A stretch of DNA of 64,000 nt from an uncultured Clostridia bacterium. Its GTDB lineage: Bacteria > Bacillota > Clostridia > Christensenellales > UBA1242. The notes under the pieces are model-generated. The model searched no databases, was not told where the DNA came from, and saw nothing but the letters and a program-made list of their open reading frames with translations. Where the stretch lies: positions 22,888 to 86,887 of the forward strand of contig CALWKD010000020.1 in NCBI GenBank assembly GCA_944381175.1, written 5' to 3'. A program made the translations under genes and the position numbers. Below are positions 40,401-46,296 of this stretch, piece after piece (the first letter of the stretch is position 1; each line of letters starts with the position of its first letter).

Positions 40401-40994
40401 AGGAACATCTCAGATTTCACTGATGAAGACGGAAACATTATCTTCACAAAAGAGTTCCTTGAAGGAAACGGAATTGTCGGAGTTATTCAAATTGACATCA
40501 AATACCAAAGACTGCACTGGGAAGATGAAAGTTATGTTGGCTTGCTCTTTGAGGGTGAGGGAACAGATGATGACCCATTCAGAATTTCTTCCGCTGAGGA
40601 GTTGGCTCTTATGATGCAATTGTGCAACTCTGGGGCGACTTACGGAAACGGCAAGATGTACAGAAGTGCAAGTTACATCTTGACAGACGACATTGTTTTG
40701 TCTGAGCGATTCTGGACACCAATCGGGACTGTTGAATATTCATTCAATGGCTACTTCAATTTCAATAACCACACTGTGAAAGGAATCTACAACGCTTATT
40801 ATTATGACACTGTAAGTTATGGAGGATTGTTTGGCGTGTTGTCGCCAAATGCGGTCATTGTTATGAGAGTTGAAAACCTTTGGTATGTCTATTTGATAGT
40901 TGGAATTGTTGTGATTTTGATTGTGATTTTGGTCACCTCAATTCTGGTTTCAAGAAAGAAGAAGAAAGCAAGACAAAGGCTTGCAAACAAGTAA
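22473..40994 (+). CDS. Giant (6,173 aa) cell-surface protein: GLUG/Zmp-type modules, InlB-B/Flg_new-like and MBG/YDG-like repeats, C-terminal TM anchor
   Basis: SD AGGAGAGG; signal peptide ending VYA. Three modules of the type DI.L...W.PIG...F.G.F.GNGHTI. InlB-B-like motifs (FNRNGG..GW..YALW; PTYLGHKFEGWYD..LTATW). KVYDG/KTYDG and REAGEDVGEYEI motifs. TM helix + RKKKK at the C-terminus, no LPxTG. Confidence 0.88.
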   Translation: MKRKSIFLFLSVFVLSLCTTLGLVKLGDEEVYAESTTASVWDGTYKSETYGSDYYTEGTEVHILTADGFSYFAKRVADGVTYLNQTIILESDIDLASHEWTPIGTASNSFRGTFDGNGHTIYNLKITNSSTDVGLFGYTTGVVNNLVLEDIDINVSGATSVGGLIGNANYQSKTLSNISVSGNIVATNVRYVGGVVGCSQTQLIRNASTILSRVDIETSSMPSNSAVGGIFGSFSAGVGTLEQLAFEGSINSGASYIGGLFGELGSFSTLRNSYVKADMHRTYDINLITTYLGGIVGNINNTLDVNAELYNLYADIYPFIFIPIEGEEGAYYMDNNDPENLYQSGLFGNIRNNSQASFTIKNNLVLVEKVNTKDSSYTFNNFFYNPNGASVTASNNWISADSLDEISDDSILSLEDFYLQQSFYANENYFDQSDKYKWDFEDVWYVDKTMGWHPKLISLKNIGNPNNDTDYSYEDRLQGDGSAGAPYLIRTAADLGYLSVNYSEDYQDKWFSLENDINLIGKTWQPIGANPSVPFSGVFLGNGHTISGITCSLQYQYSYHGLFGVTEDALICDLTIEDIRFINEGTGDTNNTSDKNGYMGAFVGYAKAGTYLDNCVDNSGVDGLYSVGKVDGNTPRALTIIYGKKNYNGTSTAVNTLKLENVSDYGIGYDVEIDYDGGVLYYGKTFNLTDIANNYTDYISLEHRYGNRMLFLQNPSTGNFLENIRPVSAFNDKNNIYGRVWWWDQFLLANSLPQSSDLAGYVDLLLIKKGSRVVSYSKVSDGTVVTHNESANFDEGELVSQDYIRFLPGYGVINIDATWLAGIKANYEKMPNKTVEVHYNEYEKTHFGAESDADYLSKTFEVEYDSILWNDYNEIFDRYPTKDGRALLRGEDFYIEDFYLDAEFEERLEGGIDSNGELENMELGKLSKGSFVNNTFFPEDTINLYAKWVGSEDAIYQLKIKFSTVEDIALGNLDLSQAIESVSLSSFDGDNQVLLKSQQEFTVESDGTVIVDFDYNTLYSNLATNGLQLVIKLKTGYEFSQPVSLVDFASGEGGSSYDYSFGHLTIKGESQDTIITSSNTFSQSAFERGISFLNLVGDYQIDVTIQKQSFSTKLNIVPDEIYFSLAPNVGNVTEVAVYEKGMTSDPSTTTPSTTYSINNADGEYVGLDVLNNVLIYSDDMVGANATLGEGLRLGESGFVLFRYTLLDGSTRYFGYVRSESSETVEGILTNYTIYTLQEVEYTNGEWQIVDILASLTLNESGEDYLSVTYLTNAEFVFLTTVRDLESESFYSDYTVFGENCPNATTEVLARAETGNTAKFMHIFTVTDILSESVTNSSSQIWRDSRTNPDVVETINIVTKYTKVTFGFKLVDQEGNTFANAPAGGINASSSSFSISQNGEVISVPIQVTASNYYRMFEIFDNLNRARTLVFKDQSGSYDGEYNIYVEVEAISVDEDSFETPEDAQQDADNYIASFNANNTQYLGASSFTFNTGAREDGNGRYAGDSYTFNLTYGNNSYDLRPGRYTIYVVCEPINYSLTYQTKFVEYKEDGYTKDQFKDESGENAPTISATKVISDEESTTIKQGQFELSYDDSISMDTALGENKAYSFYDWYVQGENWEGFLSNIASYDKDDFSFTYNDIYDRLSIGGVSNSITTTRRSYGMTLTAVYVRKEVHFTLDEQISIVGEDLNVDPTSYGMEINFVDVRQYDYIYQYGKSPEIEVAFEKTGNSADAYYFVGFNINNSNGDTVQTYKLEDGQIFESQVIDEWILDKLENEDTMAVTTTYSIVPILARKQTNIYFLSGTGEGIDGHYTDGRAGKVFDVDENETTDTQVLIQNVNVNDRLYLNGENSAMVGGQLETNIILDEVFASRTGYSLPDNGYWVLSNGTNTWNDINGSTLYITSNYFLGTSDEEILIDLYVYRTWTPNNFNVIFNRNGGTFTGELGGNESITITATYDSPISNILTADDITVTGQQLLGWTIEQDNEATLIFDESGEAQTYVDVIDEDGNYIRADDLNVYALWGSRQYTVRLVTNGANTIAGETAEEFIDFEIYYGDTFAEVFEEYGLTAGDNAPTREGFNFVGVYASGVYVQTITSDTIFNTDIPGCALNEGSGISLTLYIEWEFDEDYLDLQLTNPTLERQYSGLDEVFTLGEFFANGYTANGYIVEVEDDQVSITLDEDVHAQVNVSLTSDNLAVLADSSLRVKNVGSYSANLVLTVEDLISAGTILHTQSLTLYVEIGQASLDVSIERDNETVWLSNVKRIMKSFVSASVQVRIESVSNFDAFVNNVMKSLDSTIPEQPSNSDVYQFVMYKHYQMMTSQNYTLYKEMTYADFAELKQTSQQEIEDLVDVLYFFEFYDDDAEETIEIDYYNSAIVMTSESVSNPRSEIAIDRVEIFSESSLNVGASYYFAAYLKNAGSSDCLNNYVLNYNANGEAYVYIGEVYILPELLVVENQSETKAMYHSSNADTISLEWQGDRQSTNDYGINTYYQIGEDLFAFANLYTSNTGKELEDVEFSFVNDENYLYYSDVSIIRRVLENGEYVYYDVTYYFKLILDEDDIFTILNIDGVALVEISARFLTMNDGMIDLTDLPSSVSQELLRITQITYDLGDGQGERRLVDSENGYLQEGMLEVGGYVIAEIEQNNSNTISATLSKFVQTVTIVTTEKDASQYISLYKWTNETLYNIDGTMESNTSYTIEKDEIETTEGEVTTYNMSAIYTDLVYVSYNLNFPSNHTTTSLDYSWLQLGQSTVDDLFLPAEDGFKLATLTAQKPDGTTVSYEELFDSTDGIFRGISNTARHTKVVLDAKWEIDDIQYSQLMTEYKTSVHGFDYLSVNSIVTILNLNPDLFTYTYEWFKGDELISMGATFTLESNGVVEDSGQYSLVVTATVKKEFLSTAFVSSEGATKSIELSFSLEFIKNKLMGLTFEGEQEFDYDATDHIGDWYIVAEYLVYDSALGDYGTVENYIVEYFTGATNLDFSISFKDEEVSQMRNAGTYIISVSGLDLVYSNAAEFGSETFEVTINPYQVELSENNISFSKYFNTDDQSLTREIFFVETVGLTFEREAGEDVGEYEIYLSAVSDSIKENYIFKMNDVVVFENGAQTENGASTSVGTFEILTSGNLRVYYEETEENPQTIETSYSAEGFSIELDGFVLKIYNGSSLFKSIDLKLYDVTLGEDVEDEEILAIITENFSDVVINFFDTSAHQSVTNSGTYSYSFINLDGISKYYSDVVFAPGYQFIIGNNAIDVSTMSFDKVYDGETQAYFTISGTKIEDIDSFSGIYISATYANAHVGQTSVSLSLMNKDSGESIANYQLSSQFTTANITKLSARLTISMDKQTYEYGEISTNNLNSHISTTYQVEDLEGNDVSDLLVNGYFNITFTLPTEIMTNANGFVYKGEYQLQASGSFDDFNMTIVTPSFTIAEKTIEKTISAGQFSILSSENVASSYTETYLLNETGDTINLLYYVVGLTAGQPASIGFYDVALSEDTYVSGSVVFVINTDNDGFAVKAEENLVYIVLDTSILTTQYNGADYVLSVNVSNKTLSVTNGTDIKTGAISFVYADTDLEVEDIILESLEIYYGSSTKNFVNVGTYRLNFSATSATHSNLMFKEEYDFVITEKEIDASKIEIKQTYNGGDNFVITDFEGKVPSDNVSLLAKYASTDVGTEIDVNLYLQGSSASNYVLINAENLKGEIEKANAYVELSQTSFVYGSLTLNLGVPYTVTSGGVTVSSSQHNITLNIVGATYSAIGYLESGTYDVTLDGSSTSANYNLIFDADQTITVSAYSISVVLATSGQYSFVYGSAESKSTTFTGTYLTSLNEYISLTFTREEGIEVGYYKVISAVSNSKNYTVSSTVDGSDGAFRITKANETIYILMSSDAVVSGDTRQVATIVYDGNLYDRVSVAKKTGDDIYQLVFESSENSSATQYYDLNYYSYDIETNEYTLLSDTVIDGLKATLIFANGIGAGNVGEYLIAVQDATADNFMVSLGMYGQQNFYLQIEKRNLYFKEQIVTKVFDNEDAEFDFDDVSEILDGVLAKDLESLSLNIRLTENGAVAKYVGYSYTVEATLFGGDANYTLNLTTSEGIAVIGTITPADITITIDSQAFVYGEDIVLEYTYSTDIDLTYYEKGISINVVPIASDDDYSTSGALKVGEYDAVCVLSSPDFKAVYVVNGEESDVLDQIQITIIKKELSLQGVTEALQEIFTKTYDGSNEVKLQNDDGTSRVNLLGVVSKQQSAGEGEEVSVLTDDVTLVSATYASEYIGQSIEIVFNLSGVDVENYNLTSWNYGVIEAIVVGLNFNYNAEGNNVKSNVENANLQQINILAFPFMSQANLTSNSADTNTTSIRNFPTMLTGKTGNTFVGWTMSFGNIAEGSENYNYLMAVLKNIGMEYTYSADAEEFVVNVGNDADTVELLNSLLQNEADNLGYYYKNHEDISFQFDAVWDINKITVNIKIADENGEDSTYGVVQLETSSGVSTEITSTYSGTFDYGTRLVLTAKANPHCTYYGFYNATGSIHYDNNVASGVTVSTGEDGVVLAVESLGTAYNFVARFKADEVQVNVDLTDATNATISSSGFVSNSQGLYTWNTTYLALEDFTLADIGLSRVGYNVNSFSDGQTTITSTDFESTNISDLLSEQQSSITLTPEFEAVGVVVTLDFNDDTTEDIQISVPFGQNYASASGWIETPTYLGHKFEGWYDSFSGEIVTGQTVLTTTDSRTLTATWSKEKYSVTITTENADITSEVLTGAENVYTAAEVEFDSSVSFKVTPKAGYTLENAEEWNENFQITPEDDGSVTVNFKMPAGNIECQIVATAVKNNVTISGDHLGEILAYDVTGEETPIDFEGTTIPIETGKVLKLVVSATYGFQMTDEVSCDDENVSILREVSGGVLTLTISNIVGDTNITLNTIETINDVTIKFSDSSVIEDLIVGGVNYRDFANLAPFQVNTGDELEMYLKFVHGFEYDSYFTDGEFEVVSALATEGDFATEGYYKVVVSNVTDDGEITLTSKLSKFTLNFVVRSFDENKVEVTEPENKILVDGEEAGAEIEADFGSTVTLTYSMSDIYSFAGWSKDGVNVFSMESELEYEISDNETIYAIFSSMIFNIRFSTYNYYVLNSEYGDPSAERIVYQEIAGRGESFVDVDTNQTISSLELYFGSSKTLRYTVPTGYRYYGIGYRDGNDFVMLEIDETSSRTVEFTLSSLTLDEDLANLTIYAVVRAYSFDININTAVDIDSVRESNEDVGGVRLQSSSGEETNQYGYVDGTRVHYSENDFVDGSLVDDRQFTVVGYTGEDVYIRVDVKKAGYRFYDIVSNTDSVTLSEVERGENYVIYVIRGAVGGTTIDIDVLFRPNLNNIKIGFKYAENDVNGGAITYAVDSENANKVWASGRDYSSITVAGYTDSFFEVYVYVKLGYYVDPSNIEILCADDIIDRDSIEYTALSVEDGYTGRIKFVVKDYLQASEIYITLKAYSYTVKLVEDEETLVVIRNVEFGSRMNLYQQNQDNIEISETEERIMFVDGKLAFNMQRENYNFEGFFTSENGVGVRYIDGNGDVVLEWNESGYRQNTITSKYELTENAFFNTETGEMEITLYLYWSYYKTRISFELVPNANFNVTAQDMVTGVDYANSWFYPTSPMYIEVAFNTNIYIVAPELSGYKFYKFIIQQRDIDGNWLEEVVTFSDEVPWSTNESDKIVEVNIQVVYFAMVEVVVYGGEGSFTIVQDSSDAQAVALVEQNYVDTTKPFDLVAVFDENNFEFVRWNNLTNGQSWAGQTWAGLMIDSKTTLIMNIQGKTFVISFADEADQMYDYTFGRILSVMTESADGTSRAYSLGSYVANNFTPTRTEVEARVGDKVTFVLSIDYGFAVVWNRDDITFANYTGGLYYFEMTVGDCPPDSLMRILPEFENEIVSIYINRDFIESDIEENTIDMNSVSMAGYTTYNGTRTDFVSSAYNVESILIGLVTNDRYGVASIVVRNYEKEFRNISDFTDEDGNIIFTKEFLEGNGIVGVIQIDIKYQRLHWEDESYVGLLFEGEGTDDDPFRISSAEELALMMQLCNSGATYGNGKMYRSASYILTDDIVLSERFWTPIGTVEYSFNGYFNFNNHTVKGIYNAYYYDTVSYGGLFGVLSPNAVIVMRVENLWYVYLIVGIVVILIVILVTSILVSRKKKKARQRLANK

Positions 40995-41043
40995 TAAAAT
41001 ATTTTCGCGACATCGCAAATATAAATAGAGCAAGGAGATAAGT

Positions 41044-41802
41044 ATGGAAATCCTTGCTTTATTTTTTTTGGGGCTTGTCCAAGGCTTGACGGAGTTTTTG
41101 CCAGTTTCATCCTCGGGACATCTTGTTTTGTTTTCTCAAATTTTTGGAATTGAAGAGGAACTTTTTGTGAGCATAATTCTTCATTGTGCGACACTACTTT
41201 CAATTTTGATTGTCTTTTGGAAAGATGTTTGGCAAATGATAAGTCATCCATTCTCAAAACAGACGATGCTGATTGTTGTCGCAACAATTCCAACTTGCAT
41301 AATCTGCCTTGTCTTGATGCCAATCATAAAACTCTCTTTTTCTGGGATGGTTTTGCCAGTCTGCTTTTTGGTCTCCGCAATTTTACTTTTGCTGAGTGAA
41401 AGAAGCACAAAAAACAAAGAGACGACAGAAATTTCATATAAATCTGCATTCTGGATAGGAGTTGCACAAGGGTTTGCGGTCTTTCCAGGAATTTCTAGGT
41501 CTGGAACAACCATAAGCGCGGGACTTTTCGCTGGAAACAAAAAAGAAGAAGTTGCAAAATTTTCATTTTTGATGTCCATTCCGATAATAATTCTGTCGCT
41601 TATTATGGAGATTGTGGAGATTGCGATTGGAGGGGTGAGCATAGATGTTTCAGCGGTAGGAATCTCTCTTGCCTCTGTCACAGCATTTTTGGTTGGGATT
41701 GTTGCGATAAAGACGATGCTGAAAATCACAAAAAGTGCCAAACTTAGATACTTTTCCTATTACCTCATCCTCATTTCGATAATTTCTTTGTTTGTGCTAT
41801 AG
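41044..41802 (+). CDS. uppP: Undecaprenyl-diphosphate phosphatase
   Basis: QGLTEFLPVSSSGHL, PGISRSGTTI and FSFLMSIP motifs. Confidence 0.95.
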   Translation: MEILALFFLGLVQGLTEFLPVSSSGHLVLFSQIFGIEEELFVSIILHCATLLSILIVFWKDVWQMISHPFSKQTMLIVVATIPTCIICLVLMPIIKLSFSGMVLPVCFLVSAILLLLSERSTKNKETTEISYKSAFWIGVAQGFAVFPGISRSGTTISAGLFAGNKKEEVAKFSFLMSIPIIILSLIMEIVEIAIGGVSIDVSAVGISLASVTAFLVGIVAIKTMLKITKSAKLRYFSYYLILISIISLFVL

Positions 41803-41865
41803 AGAAATTTGTCGAAAAGTGCTATTTGCAAAAACCAAAACCATAAACATATCGCAGGAGTGATT

Positions 41866-44478
41866 GTGAAAGAATATTATAAAAAAAGTATCACGGAGTG
41901 TCTGAGTGAATACGAAACAATGGAAACTGGGCTCTCTTCCAAGCAGGTTCAAGAGCGAAGTGCAGACAGCAAAAAGTATGCAATAAAACCAGAAAAACGG
42001 CAGTCGTTTTTTGTCAAGTTTCTTTGCCAAATCAAAGAACTTATGGTTTTGATTTTGCTTATTTCGGGCGTCATTTCAATCACAATCGGAATCATCGAAA
42101 AGTCCACAAGCGAGATTGTTGACGGGGCGATTATTTTGGGAATTGTCGTGATGAATGCTCTTTTTGGTGTCTTTCAGGAACGCAAAAGTGAGAAAGCGAT
42201 TGACAGTCTGAAAAAAATGACACAGCCCGAAACTTATGTTTTGCGGGAAGGGAAAGTGCAAAAAATCAAAACAACCGATCTTGTCCTAGGTGACATTATT
42301 TGCATTGAAGCGGGAAGCATTGTGCCAGCAGATTTGAGACTTATTGAGAGTGTAAACCTCAAGATAAACGAATCTGCCCTCACTGGCGAAAGTGATGCAG
42401 TGGAAAAAGATTGCAATGCAAGATATTTCAGCGACACCCAACTTGCAGAAAGAAAAAATGTTGCACACAGTGGAAGTGTTGTGGAAAATGGACACGGGAA
42501 AGGAATCGTTTGCGCACTTGGCAGACAGTCAGAAATTGGAAAGATTGCGGAGAGTTTGAAGGAGACCAAGAAGGAACTTACTCCTTTGCAAAAAGACATC
42601 CAATCAGTTGGAAAAATTTTGACATACCTCATTTTGCTTATCGCTGGAGTGACATTTGTTTTGGAGGTGTTTTCAAACCCAGATGATATTCTGAATGCCT
42701 TCTTGACCTCAGTGGCAATCTCGGTTGCAGCAATTCCAGAGAGTATGCCAGCGGTGATAACGATAATTATGAGTTTGGGAATTGCAAAACTCTCCAAGCA
42801 AAGAGCAATCGTGAAGCGTATGCACGCTGTGGAAACTCTTGGTGCGTGCGATTGTATTTGCTCTGACAAGACGGGAACAATCACTCAAAACAAGATGAAA
42901 GTCGAGAAAATTTTCACATTTTTCTCAAAAAAAAGTGCATTTTTTGATGTTTTTTTGAAAAATATGGTGCTGTGCAATGATGCAAAAATTGGAAATGGTG
43001 GATATGTGGGAGGTTCGACAGAGGTTGCCCTTTTGAATTTCGCCAAGAAACACCATTCAAGCAAAGAGGAGATTTTTGACAAATTCCCAAGGGTCGACGA
43101 AATCTCTTTCAACTCCCAACGAAAAATGATGAGCACAGTCAATATTGTGGACGGCGAGAAAATTTGCTTCACCAAAGGGGCACTGGACAGAGTCCTTGAA
43201 AGATGCAGTTTTTATGCTGACGAAAACAAAATTCTTCCATTGGACAAGGACACAAGGGAGAAAATTCTCAGGCAAAACAAAACAATGTGTGATGATGCAC
43301 TCAGAGTTATTTCATTTGCCTACAAACCTTGCCACGACTCATTGCAAGAGAATGACTTGATTTTCTTAGGAATTTGTGGAATTCAAGACCCGCCACGAAA
43401 AGAGATTGTTGACGCTGTGAAGAAGTGTCGAAAGGCGGGAATGAGACCAGTGATGATCACTGGGGACTATAAGGATACCGCTTTTGCCATCGCCAAGAAA
43501 GTTGGAATTGCGAAAAGCGAAAGTGAGGTTCTCTCGGGAGAGGAAATTGACAGGCTGTCCGATGAGGAATTTTCAAAAATTGTGGAACAAAAGTGTGTTT
43601 TTGCAAGAGTTTCGCCCGCTCACAAGGTGCGAATCGTGCAGGCCTTGAAGAAAAATGGACACATTGTTGCAATGACAGGAGACGGTGTCAATGACGCCCC
43701 AAGTTTGAAAAGTGCTGACATCGGAATAGGAATGGGAGAGACAGGAACGGATGTTGTCAAAGATGTTGCGGACATAATCATCACAGATGACAACTTTGCC
43801 ACCATTGTTGTTGCGGTTGAGGAAGGCAGAAAGATTTACAGCAACATCCAAAAGACAATCAAATACCTCTTTTCTGCAAATATGGCGGAGATTTTGGCAC
43901 TGTTTTTTATCACCATTTTGCTTCCAGGCTCGACATTTTTGCTTCCAGTGCAAATTTTGTTTGTAAATCTTATCACAGATTCTCTGCCCGCCATTGCACT
44001 TGGCACGGAGGAAGTGGAAAGTGGAGTGATGGAGGAAAAACCTCGAAACAAATCGGCGGGATTGCTTTCAAATGGAGTTGGGGCAAGCATTTTGATTTTG
44101 GGGGCGGTGCAAACATTTTTGACAATGGGTGCGTATCTATATGGGCTTTTCTGCCACAACGAATATGTGGCGACCACAATGGCGTTCTACACCCTCAATT
44201 TGATACAACTTTTTTATATGTTCACAGCGAGGACAAAAGAGAGTTGTTTCAAATCAAACCCATTTAAAAACAAATTCTTCAATCTTTCTCTTCTTGTTGG
44301 GTTTGGGCTTCTCGGGCTTATGATTTTCACAGATTTTGGAAAGGTTTTGAAACTTCAAAGTCTTGACACGCTCTCTTGGCTTGTGGTCTTTGGGTTTTCC
44401 ATTTCAATAATATTTATCGGAGAAATTTACAAATTTTTGGAGAAGAAAATAAGGAAGAAAAAATTGCATTTGAAATAA
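41866..44478 (+). CDS. P-type cation (Ca2+-type, P2A) transporting ATPase
   Basis: LTGES, AAIPE, ICSDKTGT phosphorylation site, MITGD, GDGVNDAP. Start set at GTG 41866 after AGGAG. Confidence 0.93.
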   Translation: MKEYYKKSITECLSEYETMETGLSSKQVQERSADSKKYAIKPEKRQSFFVKFLCQIKELMVLILLISGVISITIGIIEKSTSEIVDGAIILGIVVMNALFGVFQERKSEKAIDSLKKMTQPETYVLREGKVQKIKTTDLVLGDIICIEAGSIVPADLRLIESVNLKINESALTGESDAVEKDCNARYFSDTQLAERKNVAHSGSVVENGHGKGIVCALGRQSEIGKIAESLKETKKELTPLQKDIQSVGKILTYLILLIAGVTFVLEVFSNPDDILNAFLTSVAISVAAIPESMPAVITIIMSLGIAKLSKQRAIVKRMHAVETLGACDCICSDKTGTITQNKMKVEKIFTFFSKKSAFFDVFLKNMVLCNDAKIGNGGYVGGSTEVALLNFAKKHHSSKEEIFDKFPRVDEISFNSQRKMMSTVNIVDGEKICFTKGALDRVLERCSFYADENKILPLDKDTREKILRQNKTMCDDALRVISFAYKPCHDSLQENDLIFLGICGIQDPPRKEIVDAVKKCRKAGMRPVMITGDYKDTAFAIAKKVGIAKSESEVLSGEEIDRLSDEEFSKIVEQKCVFARVSPAHKVRIVQALKKNGHIVAMTGDGVNDAPSLKSADIGIGMGETGTDVVKDVADIIITDDNFATIVVAVEEGRKIYSNIQKTIKYLFSANMAEILALFFITILLPGSTFLLPVQILFVNLITDSLPAIALGTEEVESGVMEEKPRNKSAGLLSNGVGASILILGAVQTFLTMGAYLYGLFCHNEYVATTMAFYTLNLIQLFYMFTARTKESCFKSNPFKNKFFNLSLLVGFGLLGLMIFTDFGKVLKLQSLDTLSWLVVFGFSISIIFIGEIYKFLEKKIRKKKLHLK

Positions 44479-44494
44479 ATGCAATTTTATTTTT
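44459..44494 (+). terminator. Probable terminator overlapping the ATPase stop
   Basis: AAAATTGCATTT-gaaat-AAATGCAATTTT inverted repeat followed by a T-rich run. Confidence 0.6.
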
Positions 44495-44527
44495 GATTTT
44501 TTGATAAAAGTGTGATAAAATCTCTAT

Positions 44528-45484
44528 ATGGAATTTACAGAAATAATAAAAAATCAACAGTTTTTTAAAGATTTGATTGAAAAAAAAGAGCAAAATGCAC
44601 TTTCCAATTCAATTATGTTTTTCTGTGAAGATTCTTTGACGAGTGATAAGGTTTTGATTTTGACGGCACTTTTGCTCGAATATCCGACTTTTGATTTGTT
44701 CAACGACAAGAGCGCGGAATTTCTCAGAGTGGAAAACAAGGCGGATATTGACATAAAGGTGTATCCAAAAAATGGCGAAAAACTCTTGGTCTCAGATGCG
44801 AATGAGATTGTCTCGGAGTGTTTCATCAAGGCGGTGAATTTGCCTTACAAAATTTTCGTCATAAAGAATTTTGATGTCTCGACGGAGGAGGCACAAAACA
44901 AACTTTTGAAAGTTTTGGAAGAACCGCCGAAAAATGTTTATTTTCTTTTGGGAGTCAAAAACGAGGGAAAGGTTTTGCCGACCATAAAAAGTCGATGCGA
45001 CAAGGTGAAAATTGAACCACTTTCGGAAGAAGAAATGGACAAGATTTGTCAAGACAGCCTTGCCTGTGTGCTTGGAAGGGGATATGTTGGAAGAACGTTG
45101 GAACTTTCAAGGAACAAAGACCTTTACAATCTTGCAAAACTATCCGTTAGTCTTTTAACTGAACTTAAAAACAGCAAGCAGGTTTTGTCTTTTTCAAAGA
45201 GAGTGCTGGAAGAAAAAAACAACCTAAATCTCATTCTTGAGGTGCTTTCGCTTTGCCTTGAGGACATCATCAAAATAAAATGCGAGAGCGAAAACTTGTG
45301 CAAATTGAAGATGTTTGATGAACAGTTGAAGGATGTTGAGCCAGAGTTTTCTGTGGAGGCATTGTGCGAAATCTCAAAATTGATATCTCATCTGAGGGAG
45401 AAGTTGGAATTTAATGCGAATTTGACAGTTGCGATTGACAATTTTCTTCTCAAAATTTTGGAGGTGAAATTCTTATGCAAATAG
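44528..45484 (+). CDS. holB: DNA polymerase III delta-prime subunit (divergent)
   Basis: EEAQNKLLKVLEEPP, LPTIKSRC (SRC motif); holB-yaaT-yabB synteny as in Firmicutes. Confidence 0.85.
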   Translation: MEFTEIIKNQQFFKDLIEKKEQNALSNSIMFFCEDSLTSDKVLILTALLLEYPTFDLFNDKSAEFLRVENKADIDIKVYPKNGEKLLVSDANEIVSECFIKAVNLPYKIFVIKNFDVSTEEAQNKLLKVLEEPPKNVYFLLGVKNEGKVLPTIKSRCDKVKIEPLSEEEMDKICQDSLACVLGRGYVGRTLELSRNKDLYNLAKLSVSLLTELKNSKQVLSFSKRVLEEKNNLNLILEVLSLCLEDIIKIKCESENLCKLKMFDEQLKDVEPEFSVEALCEISKLISHLREKLEFNANLTVAIDNFLLKILEVKFLCK

Positions 45485-46296
45485 AAGTTGTTGGAGTGAA
45501 ATTCAAAAACAGCAACCATATATATTCTTTTGACCCGAACGGGCTTGATCTCAAAATTGGAGATTATGTTTTGGTGGATTCAGAGAAAGGGGTTGACCTT
45601 GGTTGCATAATCAAAGAAAGGGAGATGATTGATGCAAGCACGCTTGTGTCGGCTCTGAAAAAGGTTGTGAAAGTGGCTTCGCCTGAGATTGTCAAAAAGG
45701 CAGAAAAGTATGACAAAGAGGCAGAAAAACTCTATCCGATTGTGAAAAAAATCGTGAAAGAGGAAAAATTGGATATGAAGATTGTCAAGGTTGAGGCAAG
45801 TTATGACAACTCAAGATACATCATAAACTTCACCTCGGAAAACCGAGTGGACTTTCGTGAACTTGTCAAAAAACTTGCAGTCGAACTCAAAAAGCGTGTG
45901 GAACTCCGCCAAATTGGAAGTCGTGACGAAGTCAGAATGCTCGGCGGTTTTGGACCTTGCGGAAAGATTTGTTGCTGTGTGCAGAATATGGGAGAGTTTG
46001 ACCACGTTTCAATGAAAATGGCAAAGACCCAAAATTTGTCGTTGAACCCAGCAAGCATAAGCGGGCTTTGTGGGAAACTTATGTGTTGCATTGCATATGA
46101 AAATCCTGTTTACCAAGAGGCTCTGAAAGTTATGCCAAAGGTTGGCTCAATGGTGAGCACAAAGGACGGCAAGGGAAGTGTCGTTTACAACAATTTGTTG
46201 AAGAGAGAAGTCGACGTCAAATTTGTGAACGGAGACGATTTTGAGGTCAAAACCTATCCACTTTCGGAAGTTTCGTTTAGGAAGGAAGAAAAATGA
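45475..46296 (+). CDS. yaaT: PSP1-domain protein YaaT/RicT
   Basis: RVDFRELVK, ELRQIGSRD, GPCGKICCC, ISGLCGKLMCC Fe-S cysteine motifs. Confidence 0.93.
   Translation: MQIEVVGVKFKNSNHIYSFDPNGLDLKIGDYVLVDSEKGVDLGCIIKEREMIDASTLVSALKKVVKVASPEIVKKAEKYDKEAEKLYPIVKKIVKEEKLDMKIVKVEASYDNSRYIINFTSENRVDFRELVKKLAVELKKRVELRQIGSRDEVRMLGGFGPCGKICCCVQNMGEFDHVSMKMAKTQNLSLNPASISGLCGKLMCCIAYENPVYQEALKVMPKVGSMVSTKDGKGSVVYNNLLKREVDVKFVNGDDFEVKTYPLSEVSFRKEEK

Noticed and set aside
1618-40994. Stop-codon reassignment as an explanation for the giant ORFs
   Set aside because: The ORFs are open under the standard code, and conserved genes end properly at TAA, TAG and TGA.
42927-42934. A8 run in the P-type ATPase as a slippage site
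   Set aside because: The reading frame is intact through all conserved motifs, and A runs are common in this AT-rich DNA.
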